NCBI GenBank assembly: GCA_035221665.1
Contig: CM069159.1
Coordinates: 17,484,001 to 17,548,000, forward strand
Length of the DNA stretch: 64,000 nucleotides
Direction of reading: 5' to 3'
Source of the DNA: Okamejei kenojei
Lineage: Eukaryota
Position 1 is the stretch's first letter, and each line of letters begins with the position of its first letter. A program made the position numbers and the translations under genes. A model generated the notes under the pieces. The model was not told the origin of the DNA. It made no database searches and worked only from the letters and a program-made list of their open reading frames with translations. This document shows positions 49,571 to 62,192 of this stretch, one piece after another.

Positions 49571-50724
49571 TTTCTGAATTGCCATGACCTTTTTCCAAAG
49601 AGGACTACATTGGCTCAACTGAGTGAGCAAGGTTAGAGAAGCACAGGTGGGAATGAAAAAGAGCACATGGGACATTAATTGTGTGTGAGACAATTAATAA
49701 TGTTATTAAAAAGGACACAGGCAGCGCAGACCTGATATGAAACTCTGAACAGCATCTGAGGCTTTTCATTGTTCAAGCACATTCCCTGATGTTGCATCTC
49801 AGTATGTATTCTATTTAACAAACCTCACAACAGCAGAGTGATTTCCTTTTGCGGCATCAATGAAAATCAAGAACGATTTCAAAAAAACGACATTGCTTTA
49901 ATTCAAAACACAAAGGTTGTCAATTTGCTCAGGCACAGTTAATGTTACAGCAAACAGAAGGTGCCTCTGCACAGCAGCAGCTGGGTTATTTCCTGCATTG
50001 AAACAAAATGGCAACAAGCAAACTAAATACGCCTTCAGTACTGTGGTTTACTGAAGCTGTTAAAACGCCATTTGAAATTTTATGCAGCATATTCATTAAT
50101 ATTTCAGTGGGAACTAATTCATCATGAAGTGCTGTCGCTGAGAGGAAAGGTCTCTGAGGAATGGAGGATGCAGGCAAGTTGGGATGCTGGTAAATTTTAG
50201 TGGTCAAAAGAGAGGAATCTTCAGTTGCAGTTTGGCAGGAAGACCCAAAATATTCAACGAGACAGGGAAGATGGGGCAATATCATGACGATGGGCATAAA
50301 CCCACCTTTGTGGAGATCAGGGTCTTCACAAGCCGGTGTTTGAAATTGGACTTAATGCACGTGAGGGAATTTCGTTTTTTTGGAGGAAGGGCTGTCTTCA
50401 AATTTAAATAAGAAAATATATGTGAAAGTCTAGTGAAAGACAAAGTAGGTGGGTGCACCGAGACAGTCTGAGTCATGACATCGCCTGGTGGCGGAAGCCT
50501 GCAACTGCAATGCGATGGTTTTAGCTTCACAAAATATCAACATGAACATGTTACGTGAAGATCACAACGTTAGAATTGTATCTGAATGGTGCATGGTTAT
50601 TTGCAATATTTGGAACAGATTTGTTTATTGCCTTCAACTTTGCCTCTAATTAGCATATATATGTATAATAAAATAGTACATCCATGTGTCAGGATATGTC
50701 GCATGAAATTACAAATGGAAATAG

Positions 50725-51190
50725 GCATGGAAACAGGCCCTTCAGCTCACCAAGTCCACTCTGACCCATTAACACCAGTTGTATGTTAATCCAATTTTGC
50801 ATCCACTCCTTACACACTTTGGGCAATTTACAGATGCCAATTAACCTACAACCGTATGTAGACAAAAATGCTGGAGAAACTCAGCGGGTGAGACAGCATC
50901 TATGGAGAAGTTGCTGAAGTAGGGTCTCGACCCGAAACGTTGCCTTTTTCCTTTGCTCCATAGATGCTGCCTCACCCACTGCGTTTCTCCAGCATTTTTG
51001 TCTACCTTTGATTTTCCAGCATCTGCAATTCCTTCTTAAACCTACAACCCCTACATGTCTTTGGGAGGTAGGAGGAAACCAGAGCATCTGGAGGAAACCC
51101 CCGTGGTCAGAGGGAGAACTTGCAAACTCCAAACAGATCGCACCTGAGGTCAGGATCAAACCTGGGTTTGTGACGCTGTGAGGCAGCAGC
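50725..51190 (-). mobile_element. HE1-like V-SINE interrupted by a palindromic Penelope-derived insert (~50854-51038)
   Basis: The SINE sequence AACCTACAACC is duplicated on both sides of the insert, which carries CTGAAGTAGGGTCTCGACCCGAAACGTT. Confidence 0.85.
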
Positions 51191-51365
51191 TATGGCACTC
51201 CACTGGGGACCTTGAGGAACACACTGCACCTCAGCAGAATCTACAATGGCAAACACGTACGTTAATGGTACATGCTGTTCTTTGATAATTGGTTAATGAC
51301 ATTATATTATGTGATTATATTATTTTATTGCTTTTTGATTGTAAAATTGTACAGGGATTGAATAA

Positions 51366-52215
51366 AACATAGAAAATAGGTGCAGGAGGAGGCCATTTGG
51401 CCCTTTGAGCCAGCAACACCATTCACTGTGATCATGGCTGATCATCCACAATCAGTAACCCATGCCTGCCCTCTCCCCATACCTTTTGATTCCGCTAGCC
51501 CCAAGAGCTCTATCTAACTCTCGTTTAAATGCATCCAGTGATTTGGCCTCCACTGCCTTCTGTGGCAGGGAATTCCACAAATTCATAACTTTTAGTTGTT
51601 TATTCCTACTCTTTGTTTCCTGTCTGCCAACCAATTATCTATTCATGTCAATACCCTACCCCCAATATCATGTGCTCTAATTTTGCCCACTAATCTCCTG
51701 TGTGGGACCTTATCAAAGGCTTTCTGAAAGTCCAGATCCACTACATCCACTAGCTCTCCTTCGTCCATTTTACTTGTCACATCCTCAAAAAATTCCAGAA
51801 GATGAATCAAGCAGGATTTCCCCTTCATAAATCCATGCTGACTTGGACCAATCCATACTGCTATCCAAATGTGCCGTAATTACTTATTTATTAATTGACT
51901 CCAGCGTCTTCCCCACCACCGATGACAGGCTAACTGGACTATAATTCCCTATTTTATCTCTCTCTCTCTCCTTTCTTGAAAAGTGGGATAACATTAGCTA
52001 CCCTTCAATCCACAGGAACTGATCCTGAATCTATAGAACATTGGAAAATGATCATCAATGCATCCATGATTTCTAGAGCCACTTCCTTAAGTACCCTGAG
52101 ATGCAGACCATCAGCCCTGGGGATTTATCAGCCTTCAGTCCCATCAGTCTTCCCAATACTATTTCTCGCCTATTCAAATTTCTTTCAGTTCCTCTGTATC
52201 CCGAGATCCTCTGTC
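51366..52215 (-). mobile_element. CR1/HER1-type LINE with a large internal deletion near 51590
   Basis: KGKSCLIHLLEFFEDVT...VDVVDLDFQKAFDKVPHRRL is joined directly to the NLWNSLPQKAVEA 3' end. Confidence 0.9.
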
Positions 52216-52572
52216 CTCAAGTCAAGTCAAGTCAAGTTTATTCATCACATCCACATTCGAGATGTGCAGTGACTTTGTGCAAAAATGTGCTTGCAGACTT
52301 TGTGCAAAAAACAAACAAATAAACTACAAACAGAATGGAACAGAATCGCATATTCTTTTATATATTACATATAATCCCTCCCTGCACTCACTCCTTCCCC
52401 TGCTGCTCCTCTGCTGAACTTGAACCCAGCAATGCAATATCTGCTTTTACTTTTCAAGCCTTCTCACCAACAATCTTCCTATGTGAGTGGAGCCAGTCTT
52501 CAGAGTTAATAGAAACTCTTCCCTCTCCAGCAACAACAACGATACCCCAGATCCAAGGTTACCCCGAATTTG

Positions 52573-53000
52573 AGTGTAGGAAGGAACTGCAGATGCTGGT
52601 CTAAACCAAAGATAGACACAAAAAGCTGGAGTGACTCTCGTTCAGCATCTCTGGAGAAAACTAATCGGTGTCGAGCCCCTTCTTTAGACTTCGACCCAAA
52701 ATGTCACCTGTTCCGCTGAATGACCGGTTGAGTTACTCCAGCTTTTTGAGTCTACCCTGATGTTGTGCTGCAGAGACTAGATCTTGCTTTAATTTATGCA
52801 CACTCAAAACACAATCTTTGAATCATCATCAGCTTGATCACCAAAGCTCAGATGATTTGAACTCAACATGTAGTCTGAAGAAGGGGCTCAACCCAAAACA
52901 TCACCCATTCCTTCGCTCCATAGAAGCTGCCTCACCCGCTGAGTTTCTCCAGCATTTTTGTCCACCTTCGGTTGTTCCAGCATCTGCAGTTCCTTCTTCA
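52573..53000. mobile_element. Two Penelope-derived short elements (52573-52755 and 52874-53000)
   Basis: Family tail present in both. The second is flanked by TCAACATGTAG / TCAGCATGTAG. Confidence 0.75.
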
Positions 53001-53034
53001 GCATGTAGGAGAGAAAGGTTCTCCGCCAATTTGT

Positions 53035-53190
53035 GCCACTGTACAACACCTCCCTCTGACAACAAAGATTCATGACGAGACCTTGAAAATGTCGGCCACT
53101 TCTCAGATTCTGGGGCTCTGTCTCACAGAGGAGGAACACATCAATGATGAAATTAATTATATCTTCAGTGCATCAGTACTGTTGTTGGAT
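53035..53190 (+). mobile_element. RTE/BovB-like LINE relic
   Basis: LPLTTKIHDETL...LGLCLTEEEHINDEINY resembles the RTE motif IxIxGExLExVDxFxYLGS...IDDEIxxR. Confidence 0.55.
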
Positions 53191-54194
53191 GATTGAGGAG
53201 AAGGGTGTATAAGGAGCAAACCCACGGACTCTTCTACAGATGGTGCAGGAGTTGCCTGACAAGGCAGATGGATGGATGGCTTGTGAAGTGCTGTGCTCCT
53301 TCTGTCGATGTTGCTGGGCTTCGACGTGTTGCTGAGAGATGGATGTTGGAGTGAACCAGAGAATCTCGAGTCCATTAATTCTAGAGGCACAGCTGCAGAG
53401 GCTTTGGTCTGTGATGGCAAAGAGAGTGAGATGATGATAATGCATTCGGTTTGGCCTTTCAGAGGAAGGTGGACTCACAAGCCTGTTCTTTGAGACTGGT
53501 CGTCTCCTGCCTGCCTGTCTCTCTTAGGGTAATGGAATTGATATCAAAGCATCTAGAGTTCCCAGGCGACGATACCAGGGAGATGTTTAGGTCTGCCGAT
53601 GCTCTTTTGGTCTATGAGGGCTGTGGTGCTAAAGGTACTCAACATTGTATTGTGAAGTCAATGGTTTTTTGAATACAAAATTGAATATGCTCAATTATTT
53701 ACAATAGTATTTGCGCAACAAACTATAACAATACACACACCACCATAATACAAAATTGTCAAGTATTCCTTGATACTAAACATCAAATCACTATATTACA
53801 ATTCTGATGCAGGATACAGCCGATGCTCGGGATGTCCAGCAGTCCCAGAAATCCTCCATGTTGTCCGTGGATAACGTGTGTTCTTTTTCAAAGGAGACCT
53901 GGGCACGGACGCAACCCTGGAAGAGGGCTGATGGTTTATTTGTGTGGCAGCCATAGCACAACAGTTTTCACAGAGTTTTACTGGCAAAATGGTACCAATG
54001 TTGATTGGAGACCAGGTTCTGCTGCATAGATATTAATGCTCAGACATTAGTGGGCATGAGCAGGTGCCACCCAACAAGTACACATGGCCACATTATATGA
54101 GGATCTGAAAAGTGGGCCAGGTGAGCAGTTTGAATTGGGAACTGGAGACCAGAACAGTGTCGTGTTTGTGAGAGTGAGAGGTGATATCTTGCTG

Positions 54195-54680
54195 TTGAGG
54201 AAGTGCAGCGTAGGTTCACCAGGTTAATTCCTGGGATGGCGGGACTGACATATGATGAAACAACGGATCGACTGAGCTGATATTCAATGTAAATTAGGAA
54301 GAGAGGGGATCTTATAGAAACAAGTAAAATTGGACAGGATTGGACAGGCTAGATGCAGGAAAAATGTTCCTGATGTTGGGGGAGTCCAGAAGCAGGGGGT
54401 CACAGTTTAAGAATAAGGGGTAGACAATTTAGGACTGAGATGAGGAAAAACATTTTCAACCAGAGAGTTGTGAATCTGTGGAATTCTCTGTCACAGAAGG
54501 CAGTGACGACCAATTCACTGGATGTATTCAACAGAGAGTTGGATAGAGCTCTTAGTGCAAACAGAATCAAGGGAATAAAAGCAGGAACGGTGTACTGATT
54601 TTGGTTGATCAACCATGATCATACTGAATGGCGGTGCTGGCTCGAAGGGCCAAATGCCCTACTCCTGCACCTATTTTCTG
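54195..54680 (+). mobile_element. CR1/HER1-type 3' end
   Basis: GTGCAGCGTAGGTTCACCAGGTTAATTCCTGGGATGGC...GAGAGTTGTGAATCTGTGGAATTC...CCTACTCCTGCACCTATTTTCT. Confidence 0.9.
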
Positions 54681-54879
54681 ATATTTATATCGCAGTTAGT
54701 ACATAATACTATGAACATAATACATAATTGGTGCTGGTTGATCAGGCTGAGCAAAATTCTTGTTCATATTTTTTAAATATATGTAACATATTTGTCATTC
54801 ATTATTCAAAAACCAGCACGAAAATAATTTAAAAACAGCAAGTTTAATATAAGTTGACCTTTATCCACTAAATGCTTTG

Positions 54880-55262
54880 TTTGCAGATTAATTTGTCTGT
54901 CAAACAACATAACTACGTCACTCGTAATTGTGTAACATGCTTTGTATGAAGATAAGTCCTGATTCTGACCATGGTATAAGCAGTTTCCAGGTTTGGCATG
55001 CAGTAAAGTGATAGGAAGACAAATAATCATGGAATTGACTTTTATGATGTAGGCTTCAGGGAGATTGCTAAATGGAGAGCTCCATTGCTTTCTGAAGCAC
55101 TGCCAATAATGCCTGGATGTACTGGTGGGGGATCGTGTAACAGTTCATCCGCGGAAAGGAATTCTCTTGACAAGTAACATTCCCTCCATATCCTTACCTC
55201 AGAGATGCATCACTCTAATCTCTGGAATAGAACAGACCTCACGACCTTCTGACTGAGAAACG
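54880..55262 (-). mobile_element. Degenerate DeuSINE-like relic
   Basis: Minus strand CAGTCAGAAGGTCGTGAGGTC...TCCAGAGA head, then GGAGGGAATG...CGGATGAACTGTTA, resembling SacSINE1/Deu-domain sequence (by eye). Confidence 0.4.
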
Positions 55263-55454
55263 ATTGGAAACATTTCACAGTGCCTTAATATTGCAATCAA
55301 TAAGAAAACCCATTTTCTGACTGTTGTATGGGCAAATATAAAATTCAACCCAAAGACTATCAAACCTGTTGTTGAAAGATGCTTGAAATCCAATGATTAT
55401 CTTGATGAGTTCATTATTTTACATTGTTTTCTTAACAACAAAGGCAGAGATATT

Positions 55455-55707
55455 GTTGCCTCGCAGCACCAGAGACCTGGGTTCAATCCTGACTATGGAA
55501 TTTATACGTTCTCCCTGTTTTCTCCAGATGCTCCATATTTCCTCCCACATTTCGAAGAGCAGCAGGTTTGTTGGTTAATTGGCTTCTGTAAATTGCCACC
55601 CAGTGTGTAGGACATAGAACTAGGGAACGGGTGATCGATGGTTGTTGTGGACTCGGTGGGCCGAAGGGCCTGTTTCACTCTGCAAGTCTCAACTAAACTA
55701 AACTAAC
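55455..55707 (+). mobile_element. HE1-like V-SINE
   Basis: GAGACCTGGGTTCAATCCTGAC...GGACTCGGTGGGCCGAAGGGCCTGTTTC...(CTAAA)n. Confidence 0.85.
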
Positions 55708-55825
55708 ATTATTTGCTCTGACCTTCATGTTGGTTACCTACACACTAAAAAAGCATGCAATAGAACATTCTGAAAACGGGTAGATTAATTTTGTAATGAC
55801 TGCTTTTTGCTTTTGGGTTTTGCAG

Positions 55826-55895
55826 AAGTTTCACCACTTGTCCAGAAATCAATACCACATGAGAAAGGAAATTGAAAAACTCGTTTCAGAGGCAG
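55826..55895 (+). CDS. Candidate internal coding exon (70 nt, phase 0 to phase 1) of an unidentified gene
   Basis: Acceptor TGCTTTTTGCTTTTGGGTTTTGCAG|. Only one frame is open: KFHHLSRNQYHMRKEIEKLVSEA(G). The donor CAG|GTTGGG is only moderate. Confidence 0.35.
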
Positions 55896-58800
55896 GTTGG
55901 GCCATTGAGAAAATTGGTTGGTTTTAAATTACTAATATTCAATTCGAGAGCATTGATCAGCTAATCTGCTTTACTTGAACTCGTGGAAGAACCTAGAATT
56001 ATTGACCGTTGAATGACTGATGGAAATAATAAGTTACAAGTTGTTTCGTGCTCTGAAATTGTCAAAATAAGAGATGAAAGATGTGAGCAAAGAACTCGAA
56101 CCATGTCCCTGTGGGAACAGTTACTGCAGCTGAAGTGAGGTGATATCGGTTCAGTAAATGAGCAATCAACCTTAGTGATTTTATGCTAGCTTTTGACTGC
56201 CACAACGGTGATAAATAGGAACACAAATAAAGGTAACACAAGCAGTTTGGAAGTCTTAATCCCATAACAATTAAAAAATATATTTGTTATTATTGATCAG
56301 TCTGCAGCAGCTGACAAAGTAAAAGAAATTCCACCTCACATTTCAAATAAAGATGTGAATTAATAAATAAATTATTTGCTGTTGCCGGGTGTGATGGCTT
56401 TCTGACATTCCTGGTGATCTTCCTTTGCTTTGATCTCACTTTTTCAAACGGTAGAAAAACAAAACCATAAATAAAAGTTCCATTCTGCAGAATACCAGAT
56501 GAGATATTCATGTGTTGATCAGAACTTGAAGGGTAAATAAAAATAATGAATGCAGGTTTCTAAATTACCTGAAATGGTTCTAGTATAATTTGATAGTTTA
56601 AATTTTACGTCCATATGAAACATAGGAATATTTTTTTTCTTTTGAGTACCTGTGATATAAAGATTGAGCTGCTGACACCTGGTTCCATTGGCTTCAATAG
56701 TGGCAAGCAGAAGGAGGTGGGGGAGATCATACCCACTTATGATGCAAGTTCTTAATATTGCATTAATCCTTTTGTTTTCTTTTTTTTCATAAAATGGTAC
56801 AATTTTACAGATGATGAAGGTTCAAAATGGATTGGGTTGTTTGAATTGTTAATCTAATCTATTTTATTTTAGATGTGAAGTCAGTTGCAGCAGTGGTTTG
56901 ATCCCAGGGAAGAAAGTTAAATGCATGTGGTCTTGAGATTGTCTCGAGAGCAGAAAAAGATTTTCTTAAAAACAAATCCGATCTATTCTAATTCCCAATC
57001 TCACATTCTTGTTGTGTCTACTTTTCCCTCTTCAGCCATGTCAAATTGTATTGTTGATAATAGTTGAATTTAGACCAATATGCCTTCATTAAAAAATGTA
57101 TAATTTCTTAATCTGATTTTGGCTAAAATCAAGACGTATCAGGTCTTTTTTAATTATTAGTGGGAAATGTACAATAGCATGAGCAATTTAGAATGCTGCT
57201 TTTAAAAACATTTCTCATATAGGCTGGAGGGAAATATGCCAAATGTGGGCAGGTGGATTGGGCATGTTGGTCAACATGGGTACATTGGGCCGAAGGACCT
57301 GTTCCTATGCTTTATGACTAAGTTTGTACATTTGCCCTTTAGAACCCAGTACCAACACAGCCAATATTTCAGTACATTTGCTATTTGCCATAACAGTACA
57401 ACTTAACATCAGCAAAAGCAGTGACGTCCATCAAGGTATAATTAATGAAGCTGCTCGATTTCAATCGTGCAAAACTCAACTATCGCAAATAGTCTGAGTT
57501 GCTGCTACTGTTTGGAGGACCAGAATTTAATTGTGGCCTAACTCAAAAAAGTGATGCAGAAAGAGATTTATTATACTTTTTTTTAAAAACAGACTTAAAT
57601 TTGCAAAGAATGTGAATAAAACGTTCAGTTGTTGCCATCTGCTGTACAAATGCCTTATTTTAAAGCTAAAGATGACCTTTCGTTGTTTGACTGTATGAGA
57701 GAGAAACAGTTTGTTTTTGTGTATTTTTCTCTGATCTGACTGGGCACACGATATCAAAATGTCTCTTCACATCATGATTTTTACCGTGGCAACCATTTCC
57801 GATTAATCAAAGGCAAATGTTTTTTTAAAAAAAAATTAGAACAAGTAACACTCTGTTCAAGAGTGTTAACTGTTGCCAGTTTACACCACTGGTACTTTAA
57901 ACATACAGGAAGCTATCAGCAGTAACTTTTGTTCTGTGTGGGGAAAGAAAGGGATCTATGAAACATTACTCAACTAGTGATGATTGACTTAAACATCAAT
58001 TGTAATTATCCTCTCATACATCAGGAAGAAATCAAATATTTACTCTGAGCATCGTTTTCATGATCTTAAACTTCCACTCTGTTTGACTACTGTAAACATA
58101 TCCATTTGACATCTCGGCTATATTTTAATGTTTATCCTGCAGTGACTTTGGAATTGAAGAGATTACTGTTCAGGGAGCACATTATATAACTTGAATTAAC
58201 GAAGAAACTATTTTTGGCACGTCCATCATTTTGCCAAGACCATGTTATAATTTTTGGATTAGCTGGGAATATTTAAAATAAAGCATTCTTGATATCACCA
58301 ACAAGTGCAGCAAACATTTTTATTTATTTATTCTTAGTTGGTAGTGAGCTTGCTTCGTGAAGGTATAAAAGTGCATTTTGGGGGATGTGGTGAGATTACT
58401 TGGAATGGTTGCCTAACGTAATTGAGAAGGTGAGGCCATGGGTTTTGGAGGTTTTCCCAAATGAGTCTCAGCCACTTGTTATGGAAAATCCTGTTGAGGA
58501 AAGAAAGAGCACTCATCTGCAACGGTGGGGATTGACAATTCAAAACACCCAAGTCTTCTGTTAAAGATGGAAATCCCTCAAATCCCGTGGTGATCTTTGA
58601 CTTAGTCATTTCAACTGTGATCCAACTATGAAAATCCTGGGCATTGAATCTACACCAGGTTCAGTGATTCCACCCACTTCAAAGAAAAGCAATAACTTTA
58701 AGGGAAATAGACAACTTACAGTTTTTGAATAAACTGAATTAACAAAGACCTTTAAATATATTTAATTGTTGAACATTCCTAACTCATTTTAAATGTATAA

Positions 58801-58954
58801 TAGGATCAATCATTAACCTCTAGTCTTTTCTACATTTTAAGTTGGTGAATATGAATGAATTGAAGAAACATTCCAGTGTCCAACAGTCTAAGTCTAGGCA
58901 CAAGCCTAACCAACTATCCATGTAATTCTGATGTTCTTACAATGGCAATAGGTC

Positions 58955-59905
58955 CTTACTGATCAGCAGGGGAAGGCACTGTGAACAAATTAGGGCCACA
59001 AATATGAGGAAGGATGTGTTCGCTCTGGAGAGGGTCCAGAGCAGGACTACAAGAATGATTTAGGAATGAGTGGGTGAGCTTATATTTAAGAACCTTTATT
59101 TTCGAAATAAAGAAACATATTGAAGAACCTTTCGGTCTGAACAAATTTTTTGCAGTCATACATATAATAATAAATAACAAAAACACACAATAAACACAAA
59201 TTTAACATCCACCACAGTGAGTTCACCAGGCACCTCCTCACTGTGATGGAGGAAAAAGTCTTAAAGTCTCTGTCTCTTCCCTCCTTGTTCTCCCTCTGCG
59301 CCGAGACGATCCAGGCCTCCGATGTTGTGACCCCGCCGGGTGATGGTAGGTCCCGTCGCCGAATCCGAGCTCCGTGAACGGGCCGGTTCAAACTCCACGG
59401 CCCGGGGCGGTCGAAGCTGCCGCCCTCCAGTCAAGCGGACAAAGCTGTTGCCGCGGGTGCTCCGGAAAAACAGGTCACCAACCTGTGACCTGCGAGCACT
59501 GGGCCTCCACTTGCTGGAGTTTAGAAGGTTAAGGGGGGACCTCATTGAAAGGTACAGAACAATGAAAGGCATAGACAGTGTTGATGTGGAAAGGATGCTT
59601 CCACTGGTGGGAGAACCTAGGACCAGGAGCTCATAGCCTCAGATTAAAGGGCGCTCTTTTAGAAAGGAGGTGAGGAGCAACTTCTTTCGTCAGTGGATGG
59701 TTCATCTGTGGAACTCGTGGCCACAGAGGGCTGTGGAAGCCAAGTCAGTGGATATTTTTAAGGCTGAGATGGATACATTTTTATTAGAATGGGTGTCAGG
59801 GTTATGGGGAGAATGCAGGAAAATGGGATTTGGAGGCAGAGATCAGCCATGATTGAATGGCAGGGCAGACTCGATGTGCCGAATGGCCTTATTCTATTTC
59901 TATAG
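58955..59905 (+). mobile_element. CR1/HER1-type 3' end interrupted at ~59090-59492
   Basis: ALGLHLLEFRRLRGDLIE...RSNFFRQWMVHLWNSWPQRAVEA. Confidence 0.9.
59090..59492 (-). mobile_element. GC-rich non-autonomous element with subterminal hairpin (copy 1)
   Basis: CCACCACAGTGAG...CTCACTGTGATGG hairpin and a CpG-rich body. Related to 60690-61312 and 62290-63163. Confidence 0.6.
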
Positions 59906-60185
59906 CTTGTGAAGTTTAGAAAGGTGAGTACAGGTGGTAATCTGTCCACCCATGTAGGCTCGGTTTGTTCCCTGGCCCAGATTTTGCACGAGATACAAAA
60001 CGATGGTGGTGGTTGGAGCAGATCTCTAATAGGATTGATGGACTGGTGATTAAGTGCACTGTTTTCCACTGGATGGTTTTGGGCCTGCACAATGCTGCTA
60101 GAAATGAACATACCACAGCATGTGGTGTATATGCCTCACTTGCAGTAAAGACTTTGGGTCAAAACATAAAATCTCCCTGGCCAAT

Positions 60186-60333
60186 TAGAATCATAAAGTG
60201 ATAGGGTGTGGAAACAGGTCCTTCAGCCCAACTTACCCACACATATCCCAGCTACGCTAGTCCCACCTGCCAGCATTTGGTCCACATCCCTCCAAACCTG
60301 CCCTATTCATTTACCTGTCTAATTGTTTCTTAA
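60186..60333 (-). mobile_element. CR1/HER1-type tail
   Basis: GGAAACAGGTCCTTCAGCCC...CTAGTCCCACCTGCC...CCCTCCAAACCTG. Confidence 0.8.
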
Positions 60334-60689
60334 TTCCTCCCTCTGAATTTCTGTGATAGTTGTGGCATTGATTTGAGCCACTGGCCAAAGGTAATTGTCT
60401 GGATGTTGATGGACACATTTTTGATGATCTTACCATAATTAGCACCTGCCTTGATTCACAACCCTTCCCTAACATGAATCACAGAATCACATCTCAATTC
60501 TTGGACTCTGTCAATTCACCCCAATAATAATCCTCCAGGATGTTAATAAATGAATCCGTGCTTGTGTAGGTAAGTGCTATTTATTAAGTAACAAAGAAAA
60601 TGGCTCATTCCTGCATGTTCCATCTGCTGGCATCGTGATTGTGGTCGTGAACTCACTTTGTCTTTAGTGCTTCAAGGTTTTATGGTTTC

Positions 60690-61312
60690 AAGGTCAGTTT
60701 ATTGTCACATGTACCAATTAAGGTACAGTGAAATTTGAGTTACCATACAGCCATAATAAGTGAAAAACAACAAAACTACACAACCTTATAAAAGTTCACA
60801 TAAACATCCACAGTGGATTCCACATTCCTCACTGTGATGGAAGGCAATAAGGTTCAATCTTCTTCACCTTTGTCGTTGGGGCAGTCAAACCATCCACAGT
60901 TGTGGCGTTCAAGCCCCCCGCAGCCGATGATTGAAGCCCCCATCGGGGTGATTGAGACTCCCACGTCGGGGCAGTTGAAACTCACTCTGCGGCATGGAGC
61001 TCCCGAGTCGGCCTCTTCTTACCAGTGACCGCGGGCTTCACGATGTTAAAGTCCACAGGCCCTGCGGTTGGAGCTGCGGAAAGGGATCGCAAGCTCTGCG
61101 ATGTTAAAGTCCCGCATACACCTGCGGCTTGTAGTGCTGGGTCAGTCTCCAGGAAAGGCCGCCAACTCCACCATCTAAGAGATTGAAAATAGTTTCCCCT
61201 GACCCCCTCCCAGGCCCTCCGCATAAAACAAACCAAGGAACGTTAAAACATACCTTTTAGCACATACTAAAAATAACAAAAAGAAGGAAGGGCAGACTGT
61301 TAGTGAGGCAGC
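60690..61312 (-). mobile_element. GC-rich non-autonomous element with Rex1-like tail (copy 2)
   Basis: GTTTATTGTCACATGTACCAATTAAGGTACAGTGAAA is the reverse of a Rex1-type tail; hairpin CCACAGTG...CACTGTGATGG. Confidence 0.65.
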
Positions 61313-62192
61313 AGTCCACAGTTAATTAAAATATTAGATTTCATCATTCAAATCACCTTTGAGCAAAAAAGCATGTAACAAAACAAGTTTTGATCGATTG
61401 TAAACGCAAAGTCCAAAATAATAAATTCATCAAAAATGATACCAATTAAAACAAAACTGAGGCAAGATTTTTCTTGCTACATGCTCTTTGGCATCAAATG
61501 CAATTAATTAGTATCTATTTTAGTGCTGTTGAATGACATTTGAAGGCTAATGTTCAGATCTTACATCTGGAATGAAAACACAGGGAATTATTAAGATGCA
61601 CTTTTCCTTAAAACTTTGCTCTTCAAATGTTATCCTTTTATTTTTGATGGAGAGGTGCTGGGACGTTTTTTTCTCGCATGTTTTAATATCTTCATGCTGC
61701 AAACTGGAGCGAAACCACTCTTTATTTGTATTATAACATTGAGAATCCATCGCTTGGAATATTTTTTGGTTTTCAGGCACAGTACTGCACTGAATAAATC
61801 TTAGTCACTTTGAAGCCCTATTTGGATGCAATTGACAACTGCAAACATTGGGAGGACAAAGGGAAAATTTACATCAGAGATTGTTTTCTGCGAGCTTGGG
61901 CTGAGATTGGCAACTTGCTGCAAGGCAGAATCCCATGTTCTGCAGTTGACCTGCTGCTAAAGACCTAGCTTCAGAATGAAAGCACATTTTTCTTCATAAA
62001 CCAGAGGAACACAATTTATATCGATACCACTGTGTCAGTCTCTTGATTGTGGGCTGGGACTCTAAGTGTATCATACAGCAGCCTATTTTACAGCAATGAC
62101 TATTTACTCAGGAGCCATCTGTTCAAATGGAGTACGTACTAAAGCAAAACAACAGAATTTATAGACAAAACTATGGTAAGCTGATGCAGTAA

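Noticed and set aside
50282-50530. Minus-strand ORF with LSHIFSYL (F-box-like) and a possible AAG|GTGGGT donor
   Set aside because: The motif is too short, the rest does not fit an F-box, and there are no supporting neighbouring exons.
57846-57868. Perfect 9-bp hairpin TAACACTCT-N5-AGAGTGTTA
   Set aside because: A stem this short can occur by chance in 64 kb, and it is too short for a pre-miRNA.
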